Assembly: GCA_025059435.1 (NCBI GenBank) | Contig: JANXDK010000001.1 | Coordinates: 1-25,071, forward strand | Length of the DNA stretch: 25,071 bases | Direction of reading: 5' to 3' | Source of the DNA: Thermoproteota archaeon | Lineage (GTDB): Archaea; Thermoproteota; EX4484-205; JAAOZP01 | Shown here: positions 1 through 9,095 of the stretch, piece by piece | How positions within the stretch are numbered: position 1 is the stretch's first letter | Layout of the letters: every line of letters starts with the position of its first letter | Program-made: the position numbers and the translations under genes | The notes under the pieces: generated by a model | The model's input: only the letters and a program-made list of their open reading frames with translations | Database searches by the model: none | What the model was told of the DNA's origin: nothing

Positions 1-105
1 TTCGGGCATTTAGAATTATGATATCCATCATCAGGGTAAATAAACCTTTATTCTTCAGATGGGTAAAAGGATTAAAAACGCTCACCATTCTTAATTCTTA
101 AAACG

Positions 106-1587
106 TTGGGTCAAGAGGAGGGGGCTGTCAAGAGAAGGATATTGGCTGAGGCTACACGCTTGGGCGTGCTTTTGAATCCCGAAGCGCTTTCAATTCTAAT
201 TGAAAACTATGATGAGAAATCTCTGCAAATGGTTTTAAGTAAACTGGCTGAAGAAGCTAAAAAGGGAAGTGGTATAGTAGTTTCTAAGGAGACAGTCGAA
301 AACGTTATCGGGAAATCTAGGGAGGCCAATATATCAATAGGGGTTCATACTCAACCTTTAGCTAAAGATATTGAAGAGAAGATTGAGATTTTAAAGTCCT
401 ATGATGCTAAACAGGTTTCTGATGATCTTGAAGCCAGGAAACAATATTTTGCCGACAGATGTTCTAAGATCTCTTCGATGCTCCGTAGTCGGGCAGACAT
501 GTCTCCATATTACCCTTTGAGGAAAGCATGCAGTCTACCAGACCGATCAGAGGGTAAAACCATAGTCATGGTATACGAGAAACGTGAAAACTATATCGTA
601 GTAGAGGATATGGATTTCATGACTAAGATACTGATTCCGAAGGATTGTGATAAATATTTAAGGGAGAAGATCGGTAGGCTTTTACCCGATTCTGTAGTAG
701 GAGTATCCTTCTACGTTTCCAACTCCCGGCTTTTCTGCAAGTCTATAATCTTTCCGGATGTGCCCATAAGAAGTTTTAATACTGCCGAAGAGGATGTCTC
801 TGTCATCTTAACTTCAGATATTCATTATGGTAGCCAGAAGTTCTCTGAAAAAGCATTCCTGAAAATGGTAAAATGGTTGAGAGAAGGAGGTGTAACTGAG
901 AGAGAACAGGAGATGTCTTCTAGGATAAAATACATAATAATAGCGGGAGACCTAGTAGATGGTATTGGGATTTACCCTCAACAGGAGAAAGAATTGAATG
1001 TAAGGGATTTGAAGAAACAATATACTGGTCTTTCAAATCTTCTAAGTCAAATACCTGAGCACATAAAGATCATAGTAATACCTGGTAATCACGACGCGGC
1101 TCTTCGTGCTATTCCGCAACCTCCAATATTCGACGAGTATGCGGAAATACTCGAAGACAATGGGAACATTATTTCTCTGAGTAATCCTTGCATGGTCTCG
1201 CTGCATGGTGTAAAGTTCCTCGTTTATCATGGTACAAGTATGGAAGACATTGCAACGTTCGCTAAAAACGCTAGTTACGATAGACCTGAGAACGCTATGG
1301 AGATAATGCTTCAACTCAGACACTTGGCACCGGTATACGGTTCTAGAACTCCGATAATCACTAATGGTGAAGACAAGCTTGTAATAGAAGAGGTTCCGGA
1401 CGTTTTCCACACCGGTCATGTGCATGTTTTTAGAAGCGGAGTCTACAGGGAGATCAAACTGATTAACAGTGGAACATGGCAGGAGAGAACTAAGTATCAG
1501 GAGCAGCTTGGTATAATGCCTACTCCAAACATTGCTGCGATACTTTCGCTTAAGAACGGCTCCGTTTCACAAGTAAGATTCGAATAA
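106..1587 (+). CDS. polD1: DNA polymerase D small (proofreading exonuclease) subunit DP1
   Basis: Calcineurin-like phosphoesterase motifs in order: TSDIHYGS, IAGDLVDGIGIYP, PGNHDA, YHG, HTGHVH, NSGTWQ..T..Q; TTG start. Confidence 0.95.
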   Translation: MGQEEGAVKRRILAEATRLGVLLNPEALSILIENYDEKSLQMVLSKLAEEAKKGSGIVVSKETVENVIGKSREANISIGVHTQPLAKDIEEKIEILKSYDAKQVSDDLEARKQYFADRCSKISSMLRSRADMSPYYPLRKACSLPDRSEGKTIVMVYEKRENYIVVEDMDFMTKILIPKDCDKYLREKIGRLLPDSVVGVSFYVSNSRLFCKSIIFPDVPIRSFNTAEEDVSVILTSDIHYGSQKFSEKAFLKMVKWLREGGVTEREQEMSSRIKYIIIAGDLVDGIGIYPQQEKELNVRDLKKQYTGLSNLLSQIPEHIKIIVIPGNHDAALRAIPQPPIFDEYAEILEDNGNIISLSNPCMVSLHGVKFLVYHGTSMEDIATFAKNASYDRPENAMEIMLQLRHLAPVYGSRTPIITNGEDKLVIEEVPDVFHTGHVHVFRSGVYREIKLINSGTWQERTKYQEQLGIMPTPNIAAILSLKNGSVSQVRFE

Positions 1588-1589
1588 TC

Positions 1590-2324
1590 CTACTCTAATC
1601 CAAAGAAGACCTTAAGGCAAATAATGACCAATACGAGCATTACTGAAATCAAACAGAGAAAGTAATCTCCCCTCCCAAATTTCAGGGACTTATAGCTTGT
1701 TCTCTTAGGCGAAGCGCCGAAAGCCCTGACCTCCATTGCATCAGCTACCTCATAAGTCCTCCTTATGGTCCCGACGAGTAGGGGTATGAGTATTGGCATG
1801 AGGTTTCTTATCCTTGTTCTAAAACCTCCTTTCTCAAGTTCTAAACCTCGTGAACGTTGTGCATCATATATGGATTGAAACTCGTCATGAATAACAGGTA
1901 TGAAGCGGATGGCCATTACGAAGGAAAATGTTAACTCTATAGGTAGTCTTGCTGAACTCATTGCTCTACCAATGTCCTCAGGGGTTGACGATAGGAAGAA
2001 CCAAGACATGGATGATGATAATACTATAAGCCTTATTGAAAGAACAATGCCTATTAAGAAAGTTCCGCCAAAAAGCAATTGCGTAAAGAATATTATTATG
2101 AAGAAGAATACGAGACCCCTTAACGAATAAACCCATTCCTTAAGGGCCTTAGCCGACCATAATAGGAAAATTTGCAAGACTAGGACTGCAAGGAGTACTC
2201 GAATATCTATGAATACTATGGAGAAGACCATTAGTACTATGGAGAGCAGAAACTTCGACCTAGGATCTAGCCTGTGTATTGGAGAATCCTTCTTCCTGTA
2301 TTGGAATGCTCTTAGGAATGACAT
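1590..2324 (-). CDS. ecfT: ECF transporter transmembrane component T (CbiQ/EcfT family)
   Basis: HRLDPRSK N-terminus, several TM segments, AIRFIP, AQRSRG and AMEVRAF coupling-helix motifs; overlaps ecfA2. Confidence 0.93.
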   Translation of the reverse strand: MSFLRAFQYRKKDSPIHRLDPRSKFLLSIVLMVFSIVFIDIRVLLAVLVLQIFLLWSAKALKEWVYSLRGLVFFFIIIFFTQLLFGGTFLIGIVLSIRLIVLSSSMSWFFLSSTPEDIGRAMSSARLPIELTFSFVMAIRFIPVIHDEFQSIYDAQRSRGLELEKGGFRTRIRNLMPILIPLLVGTIRRTYEVADAMEVRAFGASPKRTSYKSLKFGRGDYFLCLISVMLVLVIICLKVFFGLE

Positions 2325-3136
2325 TTATGGAACACCTTTATTAGATATTCGCTTATACTGTCAAAATCTTCATCGATTCCTGAAAAACCGGTTTCCTCTT
2401 CAAGCTCGATGATAAAGGGTTTTCTCAAAGAGGCTCTATTAACCACCTCCGGGTCTGAAAGAAGCTTTCGTAAACAACCATCTCCAACAACCTCTCCTCC
2501 GCTTAATACTATGGCCCTATTACATATGTTTGCAGCAAAATCCACGTCATGAGTTATGACGATGATGCTCTTTCCTTCTGAAACCAGATTTTTAAGTACG
2601 TTCTGAATATTCAACCTTTGAGCATAATCCATTCCTATCGTAGGCTCATCTAAAATCAATAGTTCCGGACGCCAAACGATTATCGACGCTATAGCCAACC
2701 TTTTCTTCTCGCCGCCGCTCAGTTGGAAAGGGCTTCTATGCCTATACTCCTCCAGCCCAAATGTTTTCAAAACCTCCGAGAGGCTTTTCTCAATTTCGTT
2801 CTCTTGAAAACCAAAGTTCTTCAAGCCGAATTTAATCTCTTCCTCTACAGTCTCTGCAAAGAATTGGTGGTCAGGGTTGTGGCATACGAAACCTATTTTT
2901 CTTGCTATCTTTGCGACGGAGAGGCTTCTAGTATCTACGCCATCTATTTTAACACTGCCTTTGGTTGGCTTAAGTAAGCCGTTGAGATTCTTAGCTAGCG
3001 TAGTCTTCCCGGCACCGTTCTCCCCGAGTATGGCTATGCTCTCCCCCCCTCTGATAGAGAAGTTGATGTTTTTCAAAGCATATTTCTCGGCATCAGGATA
3101 CTTGAAGAAGAGGTTTTCAACAATTATTTCAACCAT
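2312..3136 (-). CDS. ecfA2: ECF transporter ATPase A2
   Basis: Walker A GENGAGKTT, signature LSGGEKK, Walker B LILDEPT, H-loop ITHD; Q-loop reads VCHNP instead of the usual xFQNP. Confidence 0.9.
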   Translation of the reverse strand: MVEIIVENLFFKYPDAEKYALKNINFSIRGGESIAILGENGAGKTTLAKNLNGLLKPTKGSVKIDGVDTRSLSVAKIARKIGFVCHNPDHQFFAETVEEEIKFGLKNFGFQENEIEKSLSEVLKTFGLEEYRHRSPFQLSGGEKKRLAIASIIVWRPELLILDEPTIGMDYAQRLNIQNVLKNLVSEGKSIIVITHDVDFAANICNRAIVLSGGEVVGDGCLRKLLSDPEVVNRASLRKPFIIELEEETGFSGIDEDFDSISEYLIKVFHKCHS

Positions 3137-4004
3137 GTTTAACCTCCTCTCTCAAGTAAGAGAAAAGCTCCTTGAGGTTTTTCGGAGGCTTTTCCAAACC
3201 GCATTTATCTTTAATTCTGAAATATATCTGAAGGACTGGGGGTATGTTTATTGGAATTCTTTTCTTAAAACTCTCGTAAAGAACCGTCATCGGTTCACCG
3301 TCGAGAACTATCCTTCCGTCTGATATGACAACGATTCTCGAAACATGGTCTAGAAGCAGACTAATCCTATGCTCTATTATTATTAATGTTATTTTGCTTC
3401 CTTTTTCCTCCAGGTTTTCCTTTAACCTGAAAATGCTCTGAATTAGACTTATTGACGAAGATGGGTCGAGCATTGAAGTAGGTTCGTCGAAAACTATTAT
3501 AGAAGGGTGCATAGAGAGTATGGACGCGATAGCTGCCTTCTGCTGTTCTCCTCCTGAGAGGCTGTTTGGAGAAGAATATCTAAGGTGTTCTATTCCAACG
3601 AGCCTAATAGATTCATCAACTCTTCTACGTATATCTTCTGGAGGCAAAGCTAGGTTCTCAGGACCAAATGCTACATCGTCCTCTACGCTAAACGTGAAAA
3701 GCTGGTTGGCTGGATTTTGGAAAACTATACCACATCTCGTAGCAATTCTACTTACGGGGTTTTCTAATATGTTCATACCGAATACGTAGGCTTCGCCTCT
3801 TAGATCGCCAGAGTAACTATGCGGTATTAATCCCATTATTATCCTGGCTATCGTAGACTTACCGCAACCCGAGGGACCCGTTATCAATACGCTTTCCCCC
3901 TCTTCAATCTTAAGACTAATATTAGACAAGACTTCTTTCTCAGATCCTGTATACCGGAAGCTTACATTCCTAAGGTCTACTACATTCATTCCCAGTTTTG
4001 CCAA
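3129..4004 (-). CDS. ecfA1: ECF transporter ATPase A1 (start may be ATG at 3989)
   Basis: Walker A GPSGCGKST, Q-loop VFQNP, signature LSGGEQQ, Walker B IIVFDEPT, IEHR. Confidence 0.9.
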   Translation of the reverse strand: MAKLGMNVVDLRNVSFRYTGSEKEVLSNISLKIEEGESVLITGPSGCGKSTIARIIMGLIPHSYSGDLRGEAYVFGMNILENPVSRIATRCGIVFQNPANQLFTFSVEDDVAFGPENLALPPEDIRRRVDESIRLVGIEHLRYSSPNSLSGGEQQKAAIASILSMHPSIIVFDEPTSMLDPSSSISLIQSIFRLKENLEEKGSKITLIIIEHRISLLLDHVSRIVVISDGRIVLDGEPMTVLYESFKKRIPINIPPVLQIYFRIKDKCGLEKPPKNLKELFSYLREEVKHG

Positions 4005-4052
4005 AGGATGAGAACCGGTTTTAAAAAGTCTTTATGACATTGCACAAAATTT

Positions 4053-4418
4053 TCAAGCGGGAATATTACCCTTGACCGTTGACAATGCTGCTTTCAACTC
4101 GTTTTCAAGCTCACTAGCCCTCTCCCTAATCTTACTTTCCTGCCTTTCTATCGCGCTTATCTTGACTTTAATAAGCTCTTTCTGCTCATTCAATTCATTT
4201 ATTAGATCTGCCTTGTTTTTCCTGATTAGGATTCTGCCCGTTATCCTATATACCGGGGTGTTTTCGTCGACGGATGATAATTCCTGTAAGGCGGATTCAA
4301 GCTCCCTTGCTTCCATCTTAGCCTGCTCTTTCTGAATGTAGAGAGACTCTAGGGTCTGCTGAAGTTGTTGAAGTCTAGACAGTTTCTCCTGTACCTGGAG
4401 GGGAAGCTCCTGGGACAT
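4053..4418 (-). CDS. pfdB: Prefoldin beta subunit
   Basis: Two coiled-coil helices around the hairpin motif VYRITGRILI; GGAGGT RBS; usual position at the end of the exosome superoperon. Confidence 0.93.
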   Translation of the reverse strand: MSQELPLQVQEKLSRLQQLQQTLESLYIQKEQAKMEARELESALQELSSVDENTPVYRITGRILIRKNKADLINELNEQKELIKVKISAIERQESKIRERASELENELKAALSTVKGNIPA

Positions 4419-4473
4419 CGTTTCTAACCTCCCATAGGATGCTTAAAAACCTATATCTTGAAAAAGCTGGTGA

Positions 4474-4713
4474 TCAAGCCTCTAATACACCGATTACCTG
4501 TTCTACCATGTGGATAAGACTAAGTATGTTCCTAAGCCTCTCCGCCACCTTAGAAGGTTTACTGCCCTTAATGAGCAATAGAAGCCTACTGTTAACAACC
4601 TTTGCTCTTATCATGCTCTTTGGCTCTTTAACTGCTTCCTGCAAACAGGACTCGTAGATAGCCTTAGGCCTCCACTCGTCTTCATACTTTAAAACAAGTT
4701 TAACCCTTATCAA
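4474..4713 (-). CDS. pcc1: KEOPS subunit Pcc1-like protein (about 79 aa)
   Basis: Size, beta-alpha-beta pattern and position between rpl37ae and pfdB. Start moved from the track's 4758 to the TTG at 4713, directly after the rpl37ae stop (TAG-G-TTG). Confidence 0.65.
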   Translation of the reverse strand: MIRVKLVLKYEDEWRPKAIYESCLQEAVKEPKSMIRAKVVNSRLLLLIKGSKPSKVAERLRNILSLIHMVEQVIGVLEA

Positions 4714-4714
4714 C

Positions 4715-4972
4715 CTACTGCCCAGACTTAACCCCAGCTGCTCTTGCAGCAGCCTCACCTACCTTAGTAAAAGGTTCATAGGCTCCTCCGGCAAAAGTGT
4801 ATTCGCATTTCCTACAGCTCCATACCCCTACACTTATCCTTTTGAGAAAACCGGTTCCACACCTGGGACAGTTATAAATAGCCCTCCTTTTCTTTAAAAC
4901 CTGCATATACCTCTCTCTTAACGAGAAGCCGTATTTTACGCCCAATGCCCCGGAAAGCTTCCTCCTAGCCAT
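4715..4972 (-). CDS. rpl37ae: Ribosomal protein L37Ae (eL43)
   Basis: KYG..LR, CPRC and CRKC zinc ligands, GVW.C, FAGGAY.P. Confidence 0.96.
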   Translation of the reverse strand: MARRKLSGALGVKYGFSLRERYMQVLKKRRAIYNCPRCGTGFLKRISVGVWSCRKCEYTFAGGAYEPFTKVGEAAARAAGVKSGQ

Positions 4973-5789
4973 TTACGGCGATCTTGCTATACGCGACTCT
5001 TCTTAACTCTTTCCCCAGTGTTATTGACTTGTCTAAAAGCTCTAAGAAGCCCCTTGGCGAAATCATGCCTCCTCCGTTCTTCTGTATTGCGCAAAACCTG
5101 TCATCTGACTTAACCGTCATTGAGATTGTAAAGTCGGAAGCGTATTCCTCGTTTAAACACGGGTCTACTAAATACTTGTCGCCGAAGAACGCATACGTTA
5201 TCGAGACTGGAAGATCTTTTAGCTCAAGCTTAAAATACTCATCTAGTTTCTTAATATTCTGTCCTTCGACACTATACTTTGGAAGCTTAGTTGTGCCAAG
5301 GGCGTTTACACTCGCTATTACTGAAGCGTCTATAAGATTACCATCATAGTCGAGGATGTAAAGATCTATGTACAACGAGTAAACAGATCTACCGGGGATT
5401 ATGCAGAGTGAAGAGAGGTCCACTGCCTTAGACTCCCTAATGCTCCTGTCAACGTATCGTGCCAAAGATATAGACTCCTCAGAGGGCGGGCCCGGCTCGA
5501 AGACTGGCGAAGCCAAGGGGACGAGTTCAGCATTTACAATCAAAATCCCCTCGTTAGGAGTATCTGCAAATGGTAATGCAACCCCCACTTTAACTGCGGC
5601 CAGTATCTTAGTGTTCCCAAGTTCTACTAATGCAGAACCCTCTGCCTTTTCAATATAATCTAGTTGCACATCAAGGTTTCTGTACTGAAGGAGACTTCTC
5701 CCATCAACCCTCTTCCCCTCAGCCAGTAGACGGTAAATTTCTTGTTTCTCAAGCTTCGAGACAATCGGTCTTTGCTCGGTTATGGACAT
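4965..5789 (-). CDS. rrp42: Exosome core subunit Rrp42
   Basis: RNase PH fold: RVDGR...QYR, GSALVELGNTK, PLASPVFEPGPP, DYDGNLIDA. Confidence 0.96.
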   Translation of the reverse strand: MSITEQRPIVSKLEKQEIYRLLAEGKRVDGRSLLQYRNLDVQLDYIEKAEGSALVELGNTKILAAVKVGVALPFADTPNEGILIVNAELVPLASPVFEPGPPSEESISLARYVDRSIRESKAVDLSSLCIIPGRSVYSLYIDLYILDYDGNLIDASVIASVNALGTTKLPKYSVEGQNIKKLDEYFKLELKDLPVSITYAFFGDKYLVDPCLNEEYASDFTISMTVKSDDRFCAIQKNGGGMISPRGFLELLDKSITLGKELRRVAYSKIAVNG

Positions 5790-6517
5790 TAAACCTCCCT
5801 CTTTGTAACTGAAAACCTATCCTTTAAGGCTTCAACCTGAATTTTATGTATCTTCTGAGTAGCTGTTATAGCTAGGGAAAGTGCTTGCTCAATCTCTTCT
5901 TTAGACATTATACCATCCATTTGGAGTAGAGTAATCCCGTCGAGAGTCGGATTATAAGCAATAGGCATATCTGCCTCACCATACTTGTCCTCAAGATCAT
6001 TAAGGTCTACGATTACTTTACCATCCGCCTTGCCCACGGCACAAGCTGCAGTCAAACCCCTTAGAGGTATGCCTGCATCCGCGAGCGCCAATACCGCGGC
6101 TGTCAAGCCAGCACAACGAGTACCACCATCAGCCTGCAGGACTTCTATGAAAATATCTATAACAGTCCTAGGGAAGAGAGACGTCATAACAAGCGACTCG
6201 AGGGCGTTTCTAATGATCATTGAAAGCTCTATTTCCCTCCTACTTGGTGCAGGGCTTTTCCTCTCCGGCGTTGAGAAGGGAGCCATATGATACCGGCATC
6301 TTAGTATACATCTATCTGGTAGCGAGATATGCTTGGGAAGAGCTTCCTTCGGACCGTAAACCGCTGCTAGAATCTTATTCTTGCCCTGCTCGATATAGGC
6401 AGAGCCCTGAGCATTAGATAATACGCCAACCTTAATCTTAATAGGCCTAAGCTCGTCAGGAGCCCTGTCGTCAATCCTCTTCCCGTTTTCCTTAAAAAGG
6501 CTTATTTTTTCGTTCAT
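5789..6517 (-). CDS. rrp41: Exosome catalytic subunit Rrp41
   Basis: RIDDR..DELRPI, YHMAPFS..ERK, PSRREIELS, intact ADGGTR phosphate-binding motif, EDKYGEADMP. Confidence 0.97.
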   Translation of the reverse strand: MNEKISLFKENGKRIDDRAPDELRPIKIKVGVLSNAQGSAYIEQGKNKILAAVYGPKEALPKHISLPDRCILRCRYHMAPFSTPERKSPAPSRREIELSMIIRNALESLVMTSLFPRTVIDIFIEVLQADGGTRCAGLTAAVLALADAGIPLRGLTAACAVGKADGKVIVDLNDLEDKYGEADMPIAYNPTLDGITLLQMDGIMSKEEIEQALSLAITATQKIHKIQVEALKDRFSVTKREV

Positions 6518-6520
6518 TTT

Positions 6521-7219
6521 CTACATCTTCCTTCCAACCAGTAATGCTTCAACCCTCTCGGTCAACCCGTACATATGTGATTCTCTCTCAACCATTCCTA
6601 TAACTTCCCTAATTTTAGCTACTATATTACTGTCCTCGGTATGTACTATTATACGCCCGTTCTGGCCTACCGTAAGCTTAACACCCGTCGCTCGCTCTAT
6701 GACTGATAGCATGGATCCTTTCTTGCCTATGAGGCGCGGCACTTTGGATGCGGTTATGTTTAACAATGTACCGTTTGAAACTACTCCAAGCCCCTTGCCC
6801 TTCATTGTTATTACTGGGGATGAGAATATCGACACATCCTTTATAACACCAGTTATAACAGTCTCGGTTTCCAAAATCCTACCAATACTATCCTTTGTCA
6901 ATCGGATTCTTTTTTCAGAATATTCCGACAATGGGAGGAATGCGAGGAATGGAGAGTTTATATCCACGGTCCACCCCGCTATATTGGGTTCTTTAACGAT
7001 TCCGATTACAAGATCGCCCACCTTGGGTTGATAGAAGGATTTCAAAGATATGACGTCTAGACGTTTACCCTCTACTCTTACTATTCCAACAGTTGTTGAA
7101 AACATTCTGTCTGAGATTTTTAAAATATTCATACCAGGGTGATAGAATCTGCTTTCCCCAACCGGTTCGCCTGGGACAACTATGGGCCTCTGCCTCTGTT
7201 GCTCGTTACTTTGAGACAA
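6521..7219 (-). CDS. rrp4: Exosome cap subunit Rrp4 (S1 + KH)
   Basis: VVPGE, YQPKVGDLVIGIV, WTVDINSP, KH motif VPRLIGKKGSM, VGQNGRI; TTG start with GGAGGT RBS. Confidence 0.95.
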   Translation of the reverse strand: MSQSNEQQRQRPIVVPGEPVGESRFYHPGMNILKISDRMFSTTVGIVRVEGKRLDVISLKSFYQPKVGDLVIGIVKEPNIAGWTVDINSPFLAFLPLSEYSEKRIRLTKDSIGRILETETVITGVIKDVSIFSSPVITMKGKGLGVVSNGTLLNITASKVPRLIGKKGSMLSVIERATGVKLTVGQNGRIIVHTEDSNIVAKIREVIGMVERESHMYGLTERVEALLVGRKM

Positions 7220-7257
7220 TTCTAAACCTCCTTAAACAGCTCTATTGTAGGCCGTCC

Positions 7258-7947
7258 TCACGCTCCTATATCAACTTTTACCCTCTCACCGTATTTCTCA
7301 TTGATCTTCTCTAGGAAATAAGTCATAAGTATAGAGGGAATCCTGGCGGATATTTTAACACTCTTATCTTTCTGAGCCTTGGTTTGATCCACTTCACCGA
7401 ATGAGTTTACAAAACCATATACATCGTTAGACTCCTCCTGTTGACACGTTAATGTTAATGAGATATCGTTAACTTTAAACTGGAGTATTTGTCTCAATGC
7501 CTTAACAACATTCTTAAACTGTTCTTCTGGAGGCTTAAATGGGTCTATCGAAACACCAATCTGATTAAGGGCCTGTTCAATCCTAAGCAATGGTATTGGG
7601 TTTCCTAGAGAAGGGTCGATAAGGCTCTTGGAAAGCATCGCTATTATCTGCTGCTTCTTGCTTTCAATCATTCTACGCCTTTGTTCACTAGTAAGCTGAA
7701 GCTCACCTTCCAAAAGGATTTTCTCGGCTATCTTGAAGACATCGGTCGTCCCAAAGAATTTCTTCAGTTTATCGGAAGAAACACGAAGCCCCTTCTTAGA
7801 GTCAGAATACACCTCGTCTACAAGAAGTATCTTCCTTATATCTCCCTTTCCCGTAAGTTTAAAGTTGAGAGCAGGGTCGGGTGCTACTATTATTTCAAAC
7901 TTTTCACCCTTTAGGGAGAGCCTACTTATAGTAGATGGTCTACTCAA
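7258..7947 (-). CDS. sdo1: SBDS/Sdo1 ribosome maturation factor
   Basis: GEKFEIIV, DSKKG, GELQLTSEQRRRM, IDP....P.P..RIEQAL, IDPFK; superoperon position. Confidence 0.94.
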   Translation of the reverse strand: MSRPSTISRLSLKGEKFEIIVAPDPALNFKLTGKGDIRKILLVDEVYSDSKKGLRVSSDKLKKFFGTTDVFKIAEKILLEGELQLTSEQRRRMIESKKQQIIAMLSKSLIDPSLGNPIPLLRIEQALNQIGVSIDPFKPPEEQFKNVVKALRQILQFKVNDISLTLTCQQEESNDVYGFVNSFGEVDQTKAQKDKSVKISARIPSILMTYFLEKINEKYGERVKVDIGA

Positions 7948-7948
7948 C

Positions 7949-8677
7949 TCACTTCGACCTTTCGTAATATTTCTTCACTTCTTCATAACTCAAGACCCTG
8001 AACTTCTTTTCATCAGTCCTTATTACTCCAATCCTGAGCCTATCCGGAGCCACCTCTTCTTTCAAAACATCAATGCTACCTTTAATTCCCATTATTATCG
8101 CTTCATCTAAACTCGCGTTCATAGAGTAATTATTCCTGAAATACTTCAATATGTCCTCTCTCCCTATACCTATTACCGATGCGAAATACTTGAAATATAT
8201 CCCAGTGGGATCCAACTGGTAAAGACTCGCTCCAAGCATGTCAACACCACCTATGAGCATAGAGATACCGAATGGCCTCATCCCGGCGTGCTGAGTATAT
8301 GCTTGAACTGTATTGCTTAGCCTCCTTACGAGATATTCCACATCTACTGGCTCATCGTATAGGAACCTGTTTATCTGTGCTTCGTTTCTGGCGTATTCAA
8401 CGAGAAGCCTTGCATCAGAATTAAAACCAGCAACCACAGTACCTATGTGTTCATCTATTTGGAAAAGCTTCTGACTGAAAGTCCTGTCCTGAAGCATATC
8501 TATCCTCTTTTCTACACCTGCCAGTACAATACCTTCCTCAACGTGAATCCCCCATGCCGTAGGACTATTATTTACCATAACCATTGCATAATCAACTTGA
8601 AGTATACGTCCGTCAGGCGAGAATCCATACATCCTTTCGTAACCAGGTATCATTCTGTTTAGATGAGAATTAACCAA
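7949..8677 (-). CDS. psmA: 20S proteasome alpha subunit, divergent N-terminus (start may be ATG at 8653)
   Basis: FSPDGRILQVDYA, KLFQIDEHIG, DARLLVEYAR.EAQ, YTQHAGMRPFG.S.LIGG, DPTG. Confidence 0.94.
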   Translation of the reverse strand: MVNSHLNRMIPGYERMYGFSPDGRILQVDYAMVMVNNSPTAWGIHVEEGIVLAGVEKRIDMLQDRTFSQKLFQIDEHIGTVVAGFNSDARLLVEYARNEAQINRFLYDEPVDVEYLVRRLSNTVQAYTQHAGMRPFGISMLIGGVDMLGASLYQLDPTGIYFKYFASVIGIGREDILKYFRNNYSMNASLDEAIIMGIKGSIDVLKEEVAPDRLRIGVIRTDEKKFRVLSYEEVKKYYERSK

Positions 8678-8749
8678 CTCCTTATAATCTTTGCTCTATT
8701 TCCAAAGCAATAGGGAATCAGGTAATCCTTGTAAAAAGGAAGTAATTGC

Positions 8750-8759
8750 TTTTATAAAA
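8750..8759 (-). promoter_or_regulatory. Candidate TATA box (TTTTATAAAA) for the psmA-exosome transcript
   Basis: TATA-like palindrome about 75 nt upstream of the psmA start; inferred from sequence only. Confidence 0.4.
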
Positions 8760-9015
8760 AATCATGCCTTTTCCACCTGTAATTAATCATTCTCGATGCT
8801 TGAAAATCGTTCACCATATGTCCTCACCTACATTTTAAAGAATGTTCTCTAATCGTTTTTAATTAAATACATGTGTTCTGCTCATTACTCGTCTCCCTCT
8901 AATAGGAAAATGTAAGTTATCATTATTTTTTCACAGATAGTCTACTCATTAGATTCTATATGCGACTCAATTATACTTATCAGATCTTCTAACGACCCAT
9001 CCCTTTTATACAATT

Positions 9016-9046
9016 TTCAAAAGATATAAAATTCTCTTCAAAAGAT
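9016..9046. repeat. Direct repeat TTCAAAAGAT x2, 21 bp apart
   Basis: Exact 10-mers at 9016-9025 and 9037-9046 in the pop5-psmA gap; a further AAGAT at 9051. Confidence 0.5.
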
Positions 9047-9095
9047 TCTCAAGATATCTAAATAGTTTTTAATCGAGCTATCGAGTTAAAATTAA

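Noticed and set aside
1-105. Possible replication origin next to DP1 (GGGTAAA occurs twice)
   Set aside because: No ORB-like TCCA..GGAAAC/G-string elements and no cdc6 visible; the region is too short to judge.
8942-9013. 23-aa minus-strand ORF (TTG start, YKRDGSLEDLISIIESHIESNE)
   Set aside because: No convincing RBS and no recognisable similarity; length is compatible with chance.
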